The position numbers and the translations under genes were made by a program. A model generated the notes under the pieces. It worked only from the letters and a program-made list of their open reading frames with translations. It was not told the origin of the DNA and did not search any database. Shown here one piece after another: positions 29,131 to 44,099 of a stretch of 64,000 bases of DNA. Every line of letters begins with the position of its first letter. Position 1 is the stretch's first letter. Source of the DNA: Octopus vulgaris (taxonomy: Eukaryota); the NCBI GenBank assembly GCA_951406725.2, contig OX597816.1:76136001-76200000 (forward strand), in the 5' to 3' direction.

Positions 29131-30029
29131 TTCTCTCCTTCCTTACCGTCAAACTACTATACCTGCTTCTTGTTTATACACCTGTCTTCGTCTTCTGTTT
29201 TTCTGTAAAGTTCAGCTATATATATCCATACACATACATATATATATAGAATTAAAATTATCCATTGGCAAAAATACTCACCTCTATCAAATTGGGAAGG
29301 ATTTATACCTTTATGTTGACTTCATTCATAAGTACATTTGCTCTGATTTATATGTAAAACCATTAGTTATTGAATGCAATACAGATTGTTAACAATACCG
29401 TGTTCATGACTCGAATGAGAGGAAGTTTACAAGCATACTAAAGATCCCTATTTTTTACAGTAATTTGTAATCTGAATGAGAAATAGTAACCTCTTGCTCA
29501 GTAAAATATTAGTGAAGAAATATTGCTATGACAACATTACTTAATAAAATACCGGCACAAGTTAACATTAATTGATTTAAATATAATTTTACATGTCTGA
29601 CAATGTCGTACCGAAGAGGATATTAATGAAATTTATATAACTTGTTTTTTCTTAAATATTTACCTGCTTCTTGTAAACCAATTTATTCATATCTGGTTGT
29701 TTAACAAAGTTCTGTGACTGATATAGATTACAACACCTAATATTAAAATCTATACATGTTAGACAGTTTAACGTCGATATTTGAATGTCCTCTAGAGAAA
29801 CACGACCGAAGAAATCTTTAAAGTCAATAAAAAAAAAATCAAAAGCACCACTGACCAACAAAATGATTTCAGATCGGAATTTAATATTAAAAGATTTTAA
29901 AAAATCAGATTTAAAGTCCAAAAAAAACAAAACAAAAAAGACCATACAAACGAACAAAAAATCCCAAATTTTAAATATTTTTAAAACAGCTACGCAACAT
30001 CTATGATTATTATTGATTCTATCAGCTTA

Positions 30030-30086
<57 letters not shown>

Positions 30087-30210
30087 CATGTATATATATA
30101 AAATCATGTATTTTTATTTATACATACACACATACATGCACACACATATATGTATATGTAGGTATATATGTAAACTTTATGTATATATATATATGCATGT
30201 ACATATAGAT

Positions 30211-30261
<51 letters not shown>

Positions 30262-31950
30262 CACTAATATATAATCTACCTAAGCTTTAAGAGAATATAT
30301 GTATATATACATAAACGTACGTATAAGTATACGTACATGTATACCCGCATACACATATTCCTATGTATGTATATGTTTTGATAAAGTTTATGCGTTAAAC
30401 AGGTTATTAACACCATTGACGTAGTTTCACACTATCTGTAATATGTATTTATTTATTTTATGTATTTTTCGCAGTATCTACTTAGAGTGAGAGATGTTTT
30501 TAGCCAAGTAACAATCAACAGCAGTAGCAGCAACATCAATGAATTTTTGGCTCAAATAAAATTTTTATATTATGCCTGCAAAAACAAAACTAGACTTAAG
30601 AAACGACTGATAAGTCATCTTGTTATACAATACAACCAAAAATATAGAACATTTACATAAGTCTGCAAAACCCAAAGGCAGCACATCCTAATAAAAAACT
30701 GGTGACAGCTATCATGGCCATGATGGTTTGCTATTAGATCAAATGTTAGTTTCCTTTTCAAGGAGGATTTGAGAGCAGGATAAAAGGTAAAAATAAGATC
30801 AAAGAAATACCCATTATAATAGTTTTCTTGATATAACATGGTGTGTCCAATTTTTGTATTTTAAACAACATCAACTGTAGAACAAAATTAAAGCCATAAT
30901 TGAAAGCTTTAACATAATGAAACTATGGAAAGAAAATGCTTTCAACAGCCATAACCATGGAACGAAATTACAGACGTAATCGAAAGTTTTAATGAAACAA
31001 CGTTATAAAAGTTTTATCAATTCATACTTAGAAATTGAAACAAGAGCAAATATAAAACGTGGAATTTTCGCATATATCACTGGTCCGATACTAATACCGA
31101 GAATTGGGCACAATCAAATCCAAAGACGTATTTACAGATAGGTATTTGCAGACAGAATATTGAAGCCAGTACAGCAATAAGTGCTTAGTATGATCAGATT
31201 AATTGCAATGATTATGATGTACAGACTGCTGCTATCTCTATGTTTCAGTTTGCAAGCAAGAAAGGTGCTGGGTTTCAAGCACAAGTTCGAGTAAACCTAC
31301 GAGCAAGAGCATGCTAGGCGTGACTATACGAATTTTCATAGCATATATCAAATTATATTACTTGATATTTCCTTCAATTTGTAAAGAATGATGACAACAG
31401 GTAATTTTGAGAGGTTTGGTTGCTATATCTAATTGGTCGACTGACACTCAAATGGTGAGGCACTCAGAGACTGATACATTAATGAAACAGCCGAAAGCTT
31501 TAACCTTTAGATTATAAGTAGGAAAATGATATAAATAGCTAAATTTCAAGCTTCAATAAATGTCTTATCGGGTTATGTTGGATAATGGAGAAATTTTGAC
31601 GTACTGCGGTCTCGATGACGTTATCATTCACAGTGAAACTAATTTCAGCCGACATATGTTATGATGGACATTACAGGAAAGGAATGAAAAATAACTCTTT
31701 CTCATATCCACTGCGACGTATAAATTCCCACGTGTATCCGAGAATGATTCTAAGAATATGAAACTCTTCATATCTTTGGTGCTGCTTAACTATCGGTGAA
31801 AACTATGGGAACGCTATTTTCACTCACTATTGTAAGTTATTCTTTCGCTAAATACGGTCCATGATCATAAGATTCATGTGCTTTGTGGAAACGCGAGTAG
31901 CGATGCATTAAATCTTTATAAATTCCATCCAAAGATTATTGTTATTATTA

Positions 31951-32002
<52 letters not shown>

Positions 32003-32104
32003 ACACACATATATATATATACATATTTATGTACATATCTATGAATGAGCGTGGATATATATACGTATTTATATATACACATACATATGTATATTTGTAT
32101 ATAT

Positions 32105-32156
<52 letters not shown>

Positions 32157-32441
32157 GTGTGTATACATATATGTATATATGTATTATATTTTATTATATT
32201 ATATCATATCCTATTACACCCGTATGCGAGCGTGTCTGCTAAGAGTTTGATGTGTACTAAAGCTGAATTTCTGTAACTTTGCAAACAATCAATTCCCTGT
32301 ACATGTACGAAAAGTAAAAGTTATATGCAATACATTTCCATCACCAACGAGGCCTGCATCATTATATATGTGTGTACGAGCGTGTATTTGTGCGTGCGTG
32401 CGTGTTTGTGCAAATGTGTATATGTGTATACTGTTACTTTC

Positions 32442-32529
32442 GATAATAATAATAATAATAATAATAATTATTATTATTACTAATAATAATAGTAATAATA
32501 ATAATAATGATAATATTAATAATAATATG

Positions 32530-32593
<64 letters not shown>

Positions 32594-32715
32594 CATCATC
32601 ATCATCATCATTGTGCGCCAAAATATGAAACCGTTATTATTCCTACTACTAACACCATTGCTACTTCTTCTATATCATCATCATCATCATCTTCTTCTTC
32701 TTCTTCTTCTTCTTT

Positions 32716-32762
<47 letters not shown>
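32442..32762. repeat. Compound trinucleotide arrays (AAT, TTA, TCA, TCT, CTA)
   Basis: Directly visible. Other pure arrays are (GCT)n(ACT)n 18955-19058, (TTC)n 35051-35158 and 43908-43976, and (AAT)n 40311-40376. Confidence 0.9.
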
Positions 32763-32763
<1 letters not shown>

Positions 32764-33773
32764 GTCGCTTAGTTGAGGCTTTTGTTGTAATTGTTATTGT
32801 TATTTACAATTTGTCTACTTTTTAGGAGTCATTTCCCATTCTAGACGTCCTGGATCAATAGTCAAATCTCTCGGTGATTTTGCTTTATCTTTTTTATTTT
32901 ATGCTCCAGTCAAATGACAATGACACTCAGCAAATATTCTTAATACATGCGCACTGTTGTCCTGCTTGGCTATCGTAGAAGAAAAAAAATTTAATAAATA
33001 CAAAAAATATATAAGAATGAATAAATATATATGTGAAGCAAATATCGAAGACAAATATATTGATCTCTTGCAAATACATTTTCGAGATTAATTTTATGCG
33101 CTTCTAGAGAGACAGGCTCTGAACGTTTTGAGATTTCTTAAACATAAATATTAATGCAGCTGGTCTCGGCTTTTCGGGTATGTGTGTAGTTTGACTCGAA
33201 ATATACTAGGTAATGAGTCAGAACATGTACTTTGCAGAGAAAGACATATATATGTCTATGTGCATGCAAGCTAAACAAGCGTGTGACCATTTTACGCACA
33301 CACACATATAAATACACACACATGCACACACACAAACACACACATGCATATATGTATGTATAAGCTTAGGATAATTTCGTAGACTCAGACTGGAAAAAAC
33401 TTCAAATTATGTGTATCGTAGATACAGTTTATTGTAGGGAGAGCTCATTTTATTCCGTATGTACAATGCAATTTTTTTTCTCTCCTTTAGAAAGAATCTG
33501 AAACGTAGATAGGCATTTTGAACATGCTCAGATACATATTCATTACACTGACACACACAGACACACAAAAACACACATACACACACATACATAGATGGGT
33601 GAGGGCCCATGCTCTATTGGTTAGGGTGTTGCACTTACCATCGGAAGATTGTGGTTTAAATTCTTGCCTAGGAATTTTGACATTTTTGATTTTGTCTTCT
33701 GAGAATTTAGGTGTTTTATCTGTAGCCGAGACATTCCTAAGCATCATATTATGAAACGAGACATTTGCTGAAT

Positions 33774-33804
<31 letters not shown>

Positions 33805-33905
33805 AAGAGTAAGTGAGTGAGTCAGAGAGAGTAAGTGTGTGTGTGTGTGTGTGTGTGTGTAAACGCACTTTAATAATTTAGTTGATATAAACTAATAAAC
33901 ATCGG

Positions 33906-34154
33906 TTGTCAAGAGATAGTAGGAGACAAACGCAGTCTCTCACACACACATACACACACAACACATACACACACGCGCGCACACAGTATGTCACTGGCTT
34001 ATTTCAGTTTCCACTTACCAAATCTATTCACAAGGCTTTGGTCGGCCCGGGGCTATTTTGTGGAAGACACTTGCCCGAGATGTCACGCAATGGGATTGAG
34101 CCCAAGATGTCTGGGCGTGGAAGCAAACTACTTAACCACACAGCTATGCATGCT
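33906..34154 (-). mobile_element. SINE family A, diverged partial copy
   Basis: cacaaggctttggtcggcccggggcta...gaagacacttgcccgag matches the family body. Confidence 0.75.
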
Positions 34155-34864
34155 TATTCATTCATTTTATATCTAATAATCGTCTAAGATGTGGTAAATA
34201 CTATGCTCAGATGAAAGTGTCGAATAAGCGTTAAACATGTTTGGAGTTGTCTCCCTTGCTTTTTTTGATAGTCATTAGCTTCCAACTTTTAGTTTTTCCT
34301 CGATGTGAATTCAATCAATATATTAGCTTGAATCATTACATTGTATTTGCTATGCCCCGCCTCTAGCTGCAAGATTTATTTTGAAGAAGATATTTCTGGG
34401 TAATTCGTTGCCACTCCATTCATTATTTTCTGTCATATACCTAATTAATAATAAACTGCCCACTTTCGATATACAATCAGCAGCCATACTTGTAACAGCT
34501 CATCTTTAAAATATATCCATTTCTAACTAATGACACAAGTAGCTCAACTAGGGAAATGAAAAGTCCAGACAGTACTGCATATACTCCACGGTCTAATGAA
34601 AGTCATATATAACACGTTACTGTTATATCAATATATTGTCATTGAAAAGAAAGTAGAGACTCGTGAAATCATCTGTTCTGCTTGCCAACAAGAAATGAAA
34701 GAGATAGATTTTCACTTTGATTACCAATTAGACTTACAAAATAATATCCCCCCACTTTTTTTTACTTATTTCCTTGCTAGCATTATATTCGAAAGGTGAT
34801 GGAGCAGAGTTGAACTGAAAACATCAACAACCAGAAGGGAATCCTCAAAAGATTTTTTCCCCGC

Positions 34865-35036
34865 GAATCGTTAGAATCGGAAAAATGTTTTGTGGCATTT
34901 TTTCCATTCTTTTACGTTCTAAATTTAAATCTAACCGAGATTAACTTTCTGTTTAATCTCCTTAATCTCCAATCAGAGTCGATAAAATAAAGTATCAGTC
35001 AAGTACTAGGGTCGATGCAAGTGATTTCCCTCTGCC
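34865..35036 (+). mobile_element. SINE family D, old copy
   Basis: gaatcgttag...tttacgttct...gtcgataaaataaagtatcagtcaagtactagggtcgatg. Confidence 0.6.
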
Positions 35037-35869
35037 TGCATCGGAAAACATTCTTCTTCTTCTTCTTCTTCTTCTTCTTCTTCTTCTTCTTCTTCTTCTT
35101 CTTCTTCTTCTTCTTCTTCTTCTTCTTCTTCTTCTTCTTCTTCTTCTTCTTCTTCTTCATAATAGTAGTATTAGTTGTAATAGTAGCATTTCTAGCAGAG
35201 ATGGCTTCTCTTCTACCTGTTGATGTATTATCGTTGCCTTTGTTCCCATGGTAATGCTTAATAGCGTGCCCGTAATATCTTGGCAAGTTCCACTCAACTG
35301 CAACGTCACATTAAACAAGTGTGTTCTAGCATAACGTTGGTTTAACTTAAAACCCCGAGAAGGAAGTTTGATTGACAGAAAACCGTAAGTCAATCGGAGG
35401 AACTGTTCCTCTTCATATGAAGCACACTTAATATGTGGTCCTTTTTGACAGCACCACTTAGCCCTTGGGTGACTATGATCTCCTTTATTCCAAGCTGTGG
35501 GGCTAGGTCACCAATGTGTGAATTACTGTATCTGATAGCATGAAACCCGTACGAGGATATTAGATGCACCCCAATTCAGCAACCTATATTCAGAAAAAAG
35601 AGCTCTAGGGGCAAAATTAAACTACGGGTAACTCAACTTCATGTATAGGATCCGGTGTGAATTTTTTTGAGATATATTCTGAGGAAAAGAGGATTTTCGT
35701 CTTGTGTTTCATAAAATACAGTATTTCTGCGCTTCGACAAGAAATGGTGGTCCTGAATGGTTCACGGCCTCATCCTTCTTTTTCTGATTCGGCCAATTTT
35801 TGTAATGGACATAAGAGAGGAAAGAGGATATTCCTCCCCTGCTTTCGGCAAGAAATCGTAAATGCTTCG

Positions 35870-36095
35870 TTTTATTTACAGGTCAGGGCAAGCGCCATTA
35901 CAGTGCGTTACTGTATTCAGCATTTGTCGATATCTGCTCGGGTCATCCCAGGTAATCCTCCAGGCAGTGTTCCAGAAATTTCCATTTTCACGAAATTTTT
36001 CCTCATCCGCCGTGCTCATGAGGCCTGTGGCCGAACGACACGAGCTGTCACCCTAGCCTATTCATCAGAGAATACAGCTCATATCTAATGAATTA
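35870..36095 (-). mobile_element. Decayed RTE-like LINE 3' end
   Basis: Minus-strand fragments resemble 'GH..RMDE...VK...GT.P.G.PR.TW'; heavily mutated. Confidence 0.35.
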
Positions 36096-36229
36096 AAAAA
36101 GCGTGAATTGCAAGACTTTATATTGGTATTCTCATAAATTATCTGTTAGAATCTCATCTGGCTTACAAACGATATATTACCTAACTGTCGCTAGATGGGT
36201 AAATAATAGAAATAATTGACGCTGAAGTT

Positions 36230-37665
36230 GACTATATTGTTGATAATGACAATGATGATAATAATGATTTTAATGACGACGACAGTGAGGGTCGTGATGA
36301 CGACAATGATGATGATGATAATAATGATGATGATGATGATTATGTTGATTACAACGAAGGTGATGATCACGATGTCGATGATGATGATGATGGTGATGAG
36401 GATTTTGTTGGTGGTGGTACTGCTGCTGCTGATAATGCAGCATTGCAATAGAGTGAATTCTGACAGTGGCCATGGTATCTGCAAGTCTATAAAATTGCAG
36501 TATTTGAAGGTGTTTGCCATTTGCGACAATGCCGAATACTCTGTCGTACGAAACGATGGTTATGCATAATGATGAGGATGATAGCGACGATGATATTGCT
36601 GCTGCAGCTGATGATGACAATGATGATGATAATGATGATGATGATGACGATGATGACGATGATGATGATGATGATGAAGATGATGATGCTAGTATTTGGC
36701 GATGATATTATGCTAGTATTATGATGATGCTAGTATTATGGCGATGATAATGTGGATTCTAATGGCAAGGATGACAAACGAGATTTATGTTGTTGATGTC
36801 GATGATGGCGTGTGTGTTTGATATTCATGATGATGATAATGGTGGCGGTGGCCGGTGATGACGATGACGACGATGATGATGATGATGATGATGAGGAGGA
36901 TCATGATGATGATCATGATGATCATGATCGTGACGAGAATAAAATGGATGATAAAGTTAATGATAGAAACGATGACGATAATAATGATGTAAATATATTG
37001 ATGATGCACATGATGATAATGATGACTTTAATGTTGTTATGAGAACGATAAGGTGTTATTGATGTCAACATATTAACTGCTGCTATTGTTTCATTCGTGA
37101 TTAATAGATGTGATTGAAACCATGAAAGATTCCACGACGATGGTGATGGCAACACTGACTTAAAATGTATTCATGGCAGCAATGGTGGATTCTTTAATGT
37201 ATTTTCTTGTGACGATGATGATAGTGATGACGATGATGACGATGACGACGATGATGCACATGATGATGATGATGATGATGATGATGACGATGGTGGTGAT
37301 GGTCGTCGTGGTCGTGGTCGTGATGATGGTGATGATGACGATGTTGGTGACGGTGGAGGTGATGATGATAATGATGATAATGATGATGATGATGATGATG
37401 ACATCGACGATGATGATTACTGTAAACTTGACGGTTGTGATAATTATGATTGGATGCTGCTGCAGATGATGACCATTCTCATCGTCTTGCTGATGAGGAT
37501 AACGTTTATCTCAACAACATCAATAATATCGACGATGTTCATGACGATCATGTTGTTCTTGATTATGATAATGATGACGATGATGATGTTGATAACGATG
37601 ACGCTGATGACGATGGCTGTGGTTATGATGATGATGATGATGAGGATGATGACGACGATGATGCA
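36230..37665. repeat. ~1.4-kb degenerate (GAT)n low-complexity tract
   Basis: GAT/GAC/AAT/GGT triplets with frequent frame shifts, giving poly-D, poly-M, poly-H and poly-S artefact ORFs. Confidence 0.9.
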
Positions 37666-38223
37666 AAACAAAAGTAAAATGCAAACAAAATATCATTGGC
37701 TGGTTTTGATAGCAACAGCAATTTCCCTTTATAGCTATCATAAATTAAGTCATACAAACGTAGACAATATTAATGATGCTGACGTCCATAATAATAACCT
37801 GTTCATTTATTTCCTCCAAGAATCTATTCATGCGTACAAAATTATGTAACAAAAGGGGTTACAGGAAGAGATGGAATGTATACACATAATTATATATAGA
37901 AATGAAAGGTGGAGCATACACATTATGTAATAGATTGATATAAAAACTTTAAAGAAATTGATACAAATAATTATAGATAAATACAACAGACTGCATGTAT
38001 ACGTATGTATGGATGTACGTACGTATGTATGTGTGTACGTATGTATGTACGTATGTATGTATGTATGCATGTATGTATGTATGCATGTATGTATGCATGT
38101 ATGTATGCATGCATATATGTATGTATATATATGTGTATGTGTGTATGCATGTGTGTATGTATATATGTGTATGTTTGCATGGAGGTATGTGTAATTAAGT
38201 ATTATGTAATTAAGTATGTATAG

Positions 38224-38610
38224 GGGCTGGAGTGGTTGTGTGGTAAGTAGCTTGTTTACCAATCACATGGTCCTGGGTTCAGTCGCACTGCGTGGCACCT
38301 TGGATAAGTGTCTTCTACTATAACCTCGGGCCGACCAAATCCTTGTGAGTGAATTTGGCATACGGAAACTGAAAGAAGCCCGTCCTATATATATGTTTGT
38401 GTGTCTGTGTTTGTCCTCCCGCAATCGCTTGATAACCGATGTTGGGGTGTATACGTCCCCGTAACATAGCGGTTCGGCAAACGTAACAGATAGAATAAGT
38501 ACTAGGCTTGCAACGAACAAGTCCTGGGGTCGATTTGTTCGACTAAAGGCCGTACTCCAGCATGACCGCAGTCAATTGACTTAAACAAATAAAAGAACGA
38601 AAGAATAAAG
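38224..38610 (+). mobile_element. SINE family A
   Basis: Colinear homology from head to tail. Confidence 0.88.
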
Positions 38611-39754
38611 TAATGTATACATTTATGTACGTGCGTGTCTGTCTGTATGTATGTGTATGTATGTATGTGTATGTATGTATGTATGTATGTATTAATATAT
38701 GTATGTATGCGTTCGAGCGTACGTATGTGTGTGCATGCGTGTGTATGAGTGTATGTGTGTGCGTGAATGCGTATGTATGTATGCATCTGTTAGTATTCAA
38801 CTTATTTCAAGATTTCTTGCCAATAGAGATATATACGGTTTCTAACCTAGATCGAAAGCTCCTTTATTTGGATTTCAAAAACAGGAATGGGGTATCTGTG
38901 CATGCTCATGTGAATGAGCTCAGTATTTGGCGTGCATGTGCAGATTGGGATGCATAGTTTGATGTATATATTCTAATGCATATAGCTGCATGCCTAGGTA
39001 CTGTATACTTACATAAATAATTTCTGAAAAGTTTTACAATTTTTACAGTTTCATTTCCGGATTCAGAATCCGAATTTCTCAAGATTGTTACTTAATCAAT
39101 TTGTTACATGATCCGAATAATTACAGGTATAAACCTGAACTTGTAATATGGGTAGAGTAAAAGTAAATTTTTGAAAATGTCAGCGTAGATAGTTTATTTT
39201 TCGTTGACATCTGGTGGACAGCTGATTTCAAATAGATAGATAGATAGATATATGTGCGTTTGTGCTCGTGTGTGTATGTAACTGTTGATTAATTCATCCA
39301 CCTTAGAAGAATGAAAGTGAAAGTTGAACTGGTAACATAAAGGGAGTAACCCAAAGCTGAAACAGCATTACCCAAGACTTTACAGAATCAGCCAATCGTC
39401 TAAGTTTTTGCTAACCACCGCCATCTTTTCCAAGCAGCACCGCCTACTCTGGCAACAACCGACTTCTGAACAATAATCAATGGCAAAAGTGACAACAATG
39501 ATAATAACAGTAATTTTAATTTTAATGATGATGATGATGATGAATAATGCAGCTGCATCTATTTATTTCCCTTTCAGCTGCTGCTCATTATAGTCATTAT
39601 CATGATCACTATCATCATTATTCCTAACGTTAGGACAAACTACAACTTTTGCAGAATACATCGGGTGATTATATTAACGGTAGTATTCGAATAGCGAAGT
39701 TTGAATTAAATAGAACAGGACAGTTGGATTTAAACTCAGAAACAAAAGGCGATA

Positions 39755-40211
39755 AAATTTTGGCACAAGGCCAGCAATTTCAAGGGAAGAGTTAAGTCGA
39801 TCACATCGTCACCAGTATGCATCAGGTATTTATTTTATCGAACCCGACATGATGAATGGCAGGGAAGTTGAATTGACATGATGAATGGCAGCGGAAATCG
39901 AATTCAAAAGTAAAGTCCGACGAAATGCCGCTAAGCATTTTGTCCGGCGTGCTAACGGTTCTGCCAGCTAGCTGCCTTAAATAAAACTAAATAATGGTTT
40001 CAAATTTTGGTATAAGGCCAACAATTTCGTGGGTTGGGTGCTAAGTCGATTACATCTATCCCAGTGCTTAAAGGTAATTATTTCATAGACCCCGAAAAAA
40101 TAAAAGGCAATATTGTCCTCGGCGGAATTTGAACTCAGAGCGTAAAGCTGGATGAAACAATACTAAGAAACTTTTGCCCGGCGTGTTAAAGCCTCTGCCA
40201 GCTCAACGCCT
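39755..40211 (-). mobile_element. Two tandem SINE family D copies (39755-39978, 39996-40211)
   Basis: Both run from aaattttgg(c/t)a.aaggcca.caatttc to ctgccagct...gcct and are separated by about 17 bp. Confidence 0.8.
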
Positions 40212-40310
40212 CAGATGAAATTAAATATTACAAACCAGCTCTCTGTTATTTTTGCATTTCTTACATCCCACATCCATAAATAACAATAACACCAACCTAA
40301 TATTACAGCG

Positions 40311-40368
<58 letters not shown>

Positions 40369-40805
40369 TAATAATAAACCAGCTTAAAAACGAAATATAA
40401 ACAAAGCAAAGATTGGTGTATGTTATTTCCAATGAAACCTAATATACATTATAAAACTTTATACTGACAACTTAAATGTATTTTTGTTCTGTGAAAGGTC
40501 TTTAAAAACGATCAATATTTCGTTACAGCTGAAGGTTTTCCAATAAATTATATTGCAAATGTATAAAAAATAACGTAAGAGTAATTTCACTAAGATTTTA
40601 GTTTTCCAAAGTTTTTCTACCGCACAAACATATACGTAGGTAAAGAAACAAACTGAAGCACATTCAAATATGGAGTATCCGCGTTCAATGTGTGTTATAT
40701 CATATGTATGTGTGCGCATTTGAGTGTGCATATATGCATATATCTAATGTATATGTATATATATGCACATTCACGCATATAACACACACACATACACACA
40801 CACAC

Positions 40806-40846
<41 letters not shown>

Positions 40847-42214
40847 TGGTGTGTGTGTGTTATATGCGTGAATGTATGTGCGTATTATAAACGGGATACT
40901 TTCAAGAATAAAATGAAGGAATCAAATGAAAATATTGATTGATAATAGATATAGAAGAAAAACTGGGAAATATTTATTGCACTGGCAATTGGTACCATAG
41001 CCTACATTTAACATCCAAATATATGCGATATGAATCATGTAAAACTGAGATACAAATGCAATTAAAATAAAAGAAAATTTTACCTTTGAAAAAAGTTTCT
41101 CTGAAAAAGGGATAAAAATTTAGTAAGGCAAAAATTCATCAACGCATCATGCAGCTGCACCACTAGCAATATCTATTACAAGAATGGCTCAAGTTTAAGC
41201 GCTCTCTGTTTGATCATTAAATTTGAGCGTAATAGTATTGCCTTGTAAATTGAGAATCATAGGTCAAATGTAAGCAACAGAGTTGTAGAAAGGGACACCA
41301 AGAAAATGGAAATTTCAGCTTCAACCAACTACAATCTTTATAAATATATCTCATAACAAATATTTATGATTAGCTATGATCTTTTTTTAAGGATATTTTG
41401 CGGATAAATAAGAAAGTACATACCCCGAAAAAGTCCAGATATTATTAATTGGATGTTCAAGTAAGGAATTGAAGAAGTTTGATGTAATGATATTTATAAA
41501 TATTAAATTACCCAGAAGAAATAGTGCTATAGCCGGCGCTTAACATGCAAATACACGCAATTACAATATAAATATTGAAAACTGACGTAATAAAAATCTA
41601 GTTACATTAAGGAAAGAAATCTCAGAACGCCGCATAGATTTGTATACGAGATTTGGATACGAGATAATTCATTACCTATAGGGAAAATGATACAACACCG
41701 TGACGTAGCGATGCCATCAGTGTAGTTTAGAGATAGCATGATACAAACTCTATTTGACCTTAAACTAGCAGCGAGATATTGCCAAGGAATACAATTAAAT
41801 ATTATTAAAATCTGTCTGTCTATCTTTTTACACACGCACACAAACACAAATAAGCACACACATACACACATACACACGCACGCACACACACACACACACA
41901 AACACAAATAACCGCAGTATTAATTTACGTGGTATACTTTATGGCTTTCGGATCCAGTTCCAAAAGAAGTATTTCAATCAATCGTAACTTGGTTGGTAGG
42001 GTCACTTTGCACTGTTTTATTTTGTGAGAAACTCTTAAGTGTTAAATTTTCTATTTATTCACCCGAAGAAAAGCTTTCTTTTTTTGTTCTTTTATAACAC
42101 TTTTGTTCATCAATAAAGAGCACATTTAAAGCAGCTGCATTGAACATCAACCTATCTGTGTTATTGTTTATATATGTGTGTTTATATATATATATATATG
42201 TGTGTGTGTTTATC

Positions 42215-42245
<31 letters not shown>

Positions 42246-44099
42246 TCCTTTTTTGAAATTGAATCTTGATGTACATATGAAGTCTGTCAGCTATTTTTCG
42301 GCAGCTTGTGTGACCCTGATTAGGCTACTTAATTGGCTCAAACCAAGATGTAAAATAGTGTTATTGCTCATTTACGAGGCGTAAAATGTATGAACAGTTT
42401 CATTTGTAGTGAATGTATCGCATAACCCAGATGTAGAAGAAATAACGCCAGGAAATTTAGAAACGTTGGAAACGTTTTAGAAACAGCAGTGGATGGTCTT
42501 TTTCACAGTGTGACGACGAGTATTTCAAGATATTTACTCTGCCTGTTAAGCAAGAAAGATGTAGTAGCCATGACTTCTAACAGGGCTTCCTAGACAGGTT
42601 GGAGGACGAGAAGAAAATATCCACAAGCCGGAAAGCTAGACCATATGATTACAAAACTGTGGGCACCTCTGAAAACTCGGTGCTCATGTTAAACCGTACG
42701 GCAAATTAAGTGTACCACCTCTAGTAGATTCGTTACCCCTGAAACCATAGACACTTCTTATGGAATGTCAATTAATCTTCCTTTGAATGTATTCCATGTA
42801 AAGATGAAAGATTTTTGAAATTACAACATCAAAAGAATTTAAGAAAATAAAGGTGAATGTAAAATATAAGCAAACGACAATAGTTTAAAATTAAATTTTT
42901 GTAACATTTATTTTTAAACTTGTCACTTATCTTAAAAAGCATTCATTTGTATTGCGATTAGGATCTTGGCATCCATTAAAAAGAAATCTTTTTCGAGATG
43001 TGCATTTTTTAAAGCTGTAGTGAATAGAACTAATTTATGCCAATATATTATAATCAGCGTCGAATAGAATACTCAAATATCAACTTCACTAGGCAACTGG
43101 TAACAAGGTGAGAATCTATTGGAACTATGAAACAAATACAAAGCATACATTCATTCAGATGTTATGGTTATCTTCAATTTCATTTCTATTTTTCCATAGA
43201 TATACAATAATATTAAAAATTTCACACAGCTTCTGAATCGAGAATGAGGAATTAATTCACCTCCAACAGCTTAAAGATTTATTATCTGAAGTAAATATTG
43301 TGATTTAGAAGTGATTTAAGATTGAAGAGTGAAGGAATATTTAAATACTTTAAATTGGGTAATTCTGAATTTCGAATATGTTTTTTTTTTTATCACTGGT
43401 TTTCTGTGTCTATGTTTTTAAAGTTCACTGTGTAAGTGCAAAAACGAAAATCAGAAAAAAATTTAAATGTAAACTTCTAAGATTACCTACTGTTTTCCTG
43501 TTCCCAAAATCGCAGCAACTATATCGTTAGGAGCTACAGATATATTATAGATATCTTATATTGAACGAAGCTATTAGTAGTGCTATTAAATGTGCCACCG
43601 TTATGATTGCTACAAATAAAATCACTACTTTAAAAAGAAAAATATGAAAACAACAGTCAACAATAACAACAACAAAATAAAGTCATATAATTATATCTAC
43701 AACTCAAACAAATGAGTGAATCTCCACACGGTCATACATCACGCCAGAATTAGCAGCTATGTCACCTTTAAATAACATTCTACCATCTAAAAAATGACCC
43801 AAAACTTAAAGTGCACAGAAGATAAGTACAACCACTTCGTAGATCAGGACTAATCTCTTTATGCTTTTGTTTCTTCTGCATCTGATGCTCTTCCCCCTCC
43901 TCCTCTATCTTTCTTCTTCTTCTTCTTCTTCTTCTTCTTCTTCTTCTTCTTCTTCTTCTTCTTCTTCTTCTTCTTCCTACACACACACACACACATACAC
44001 ATACATATATATGCGTGTATATATACATATACAGATGTAGTCAACTAAATTTAGATAAATAACATTTTTTGTTAATCTTTTATTATTTTATAATAATTT

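Noticed and set aside
29610-29642. CCGAAGAggatattaatGAAA
   Set aside because: No complementary helices.
29400-31900. Repeat-poor stretch (also 40900-43700) as possible host exons
   Set aside because: I recognise no convincing ORF, splice-bounded frame or protein motif. Small exons cannot be excluded without RNA-seq.
35657-36088. 143-aa + strand ORF
   Set aside because: GTG start, no recognisable domain, and antisense to a probable LINE remnant.
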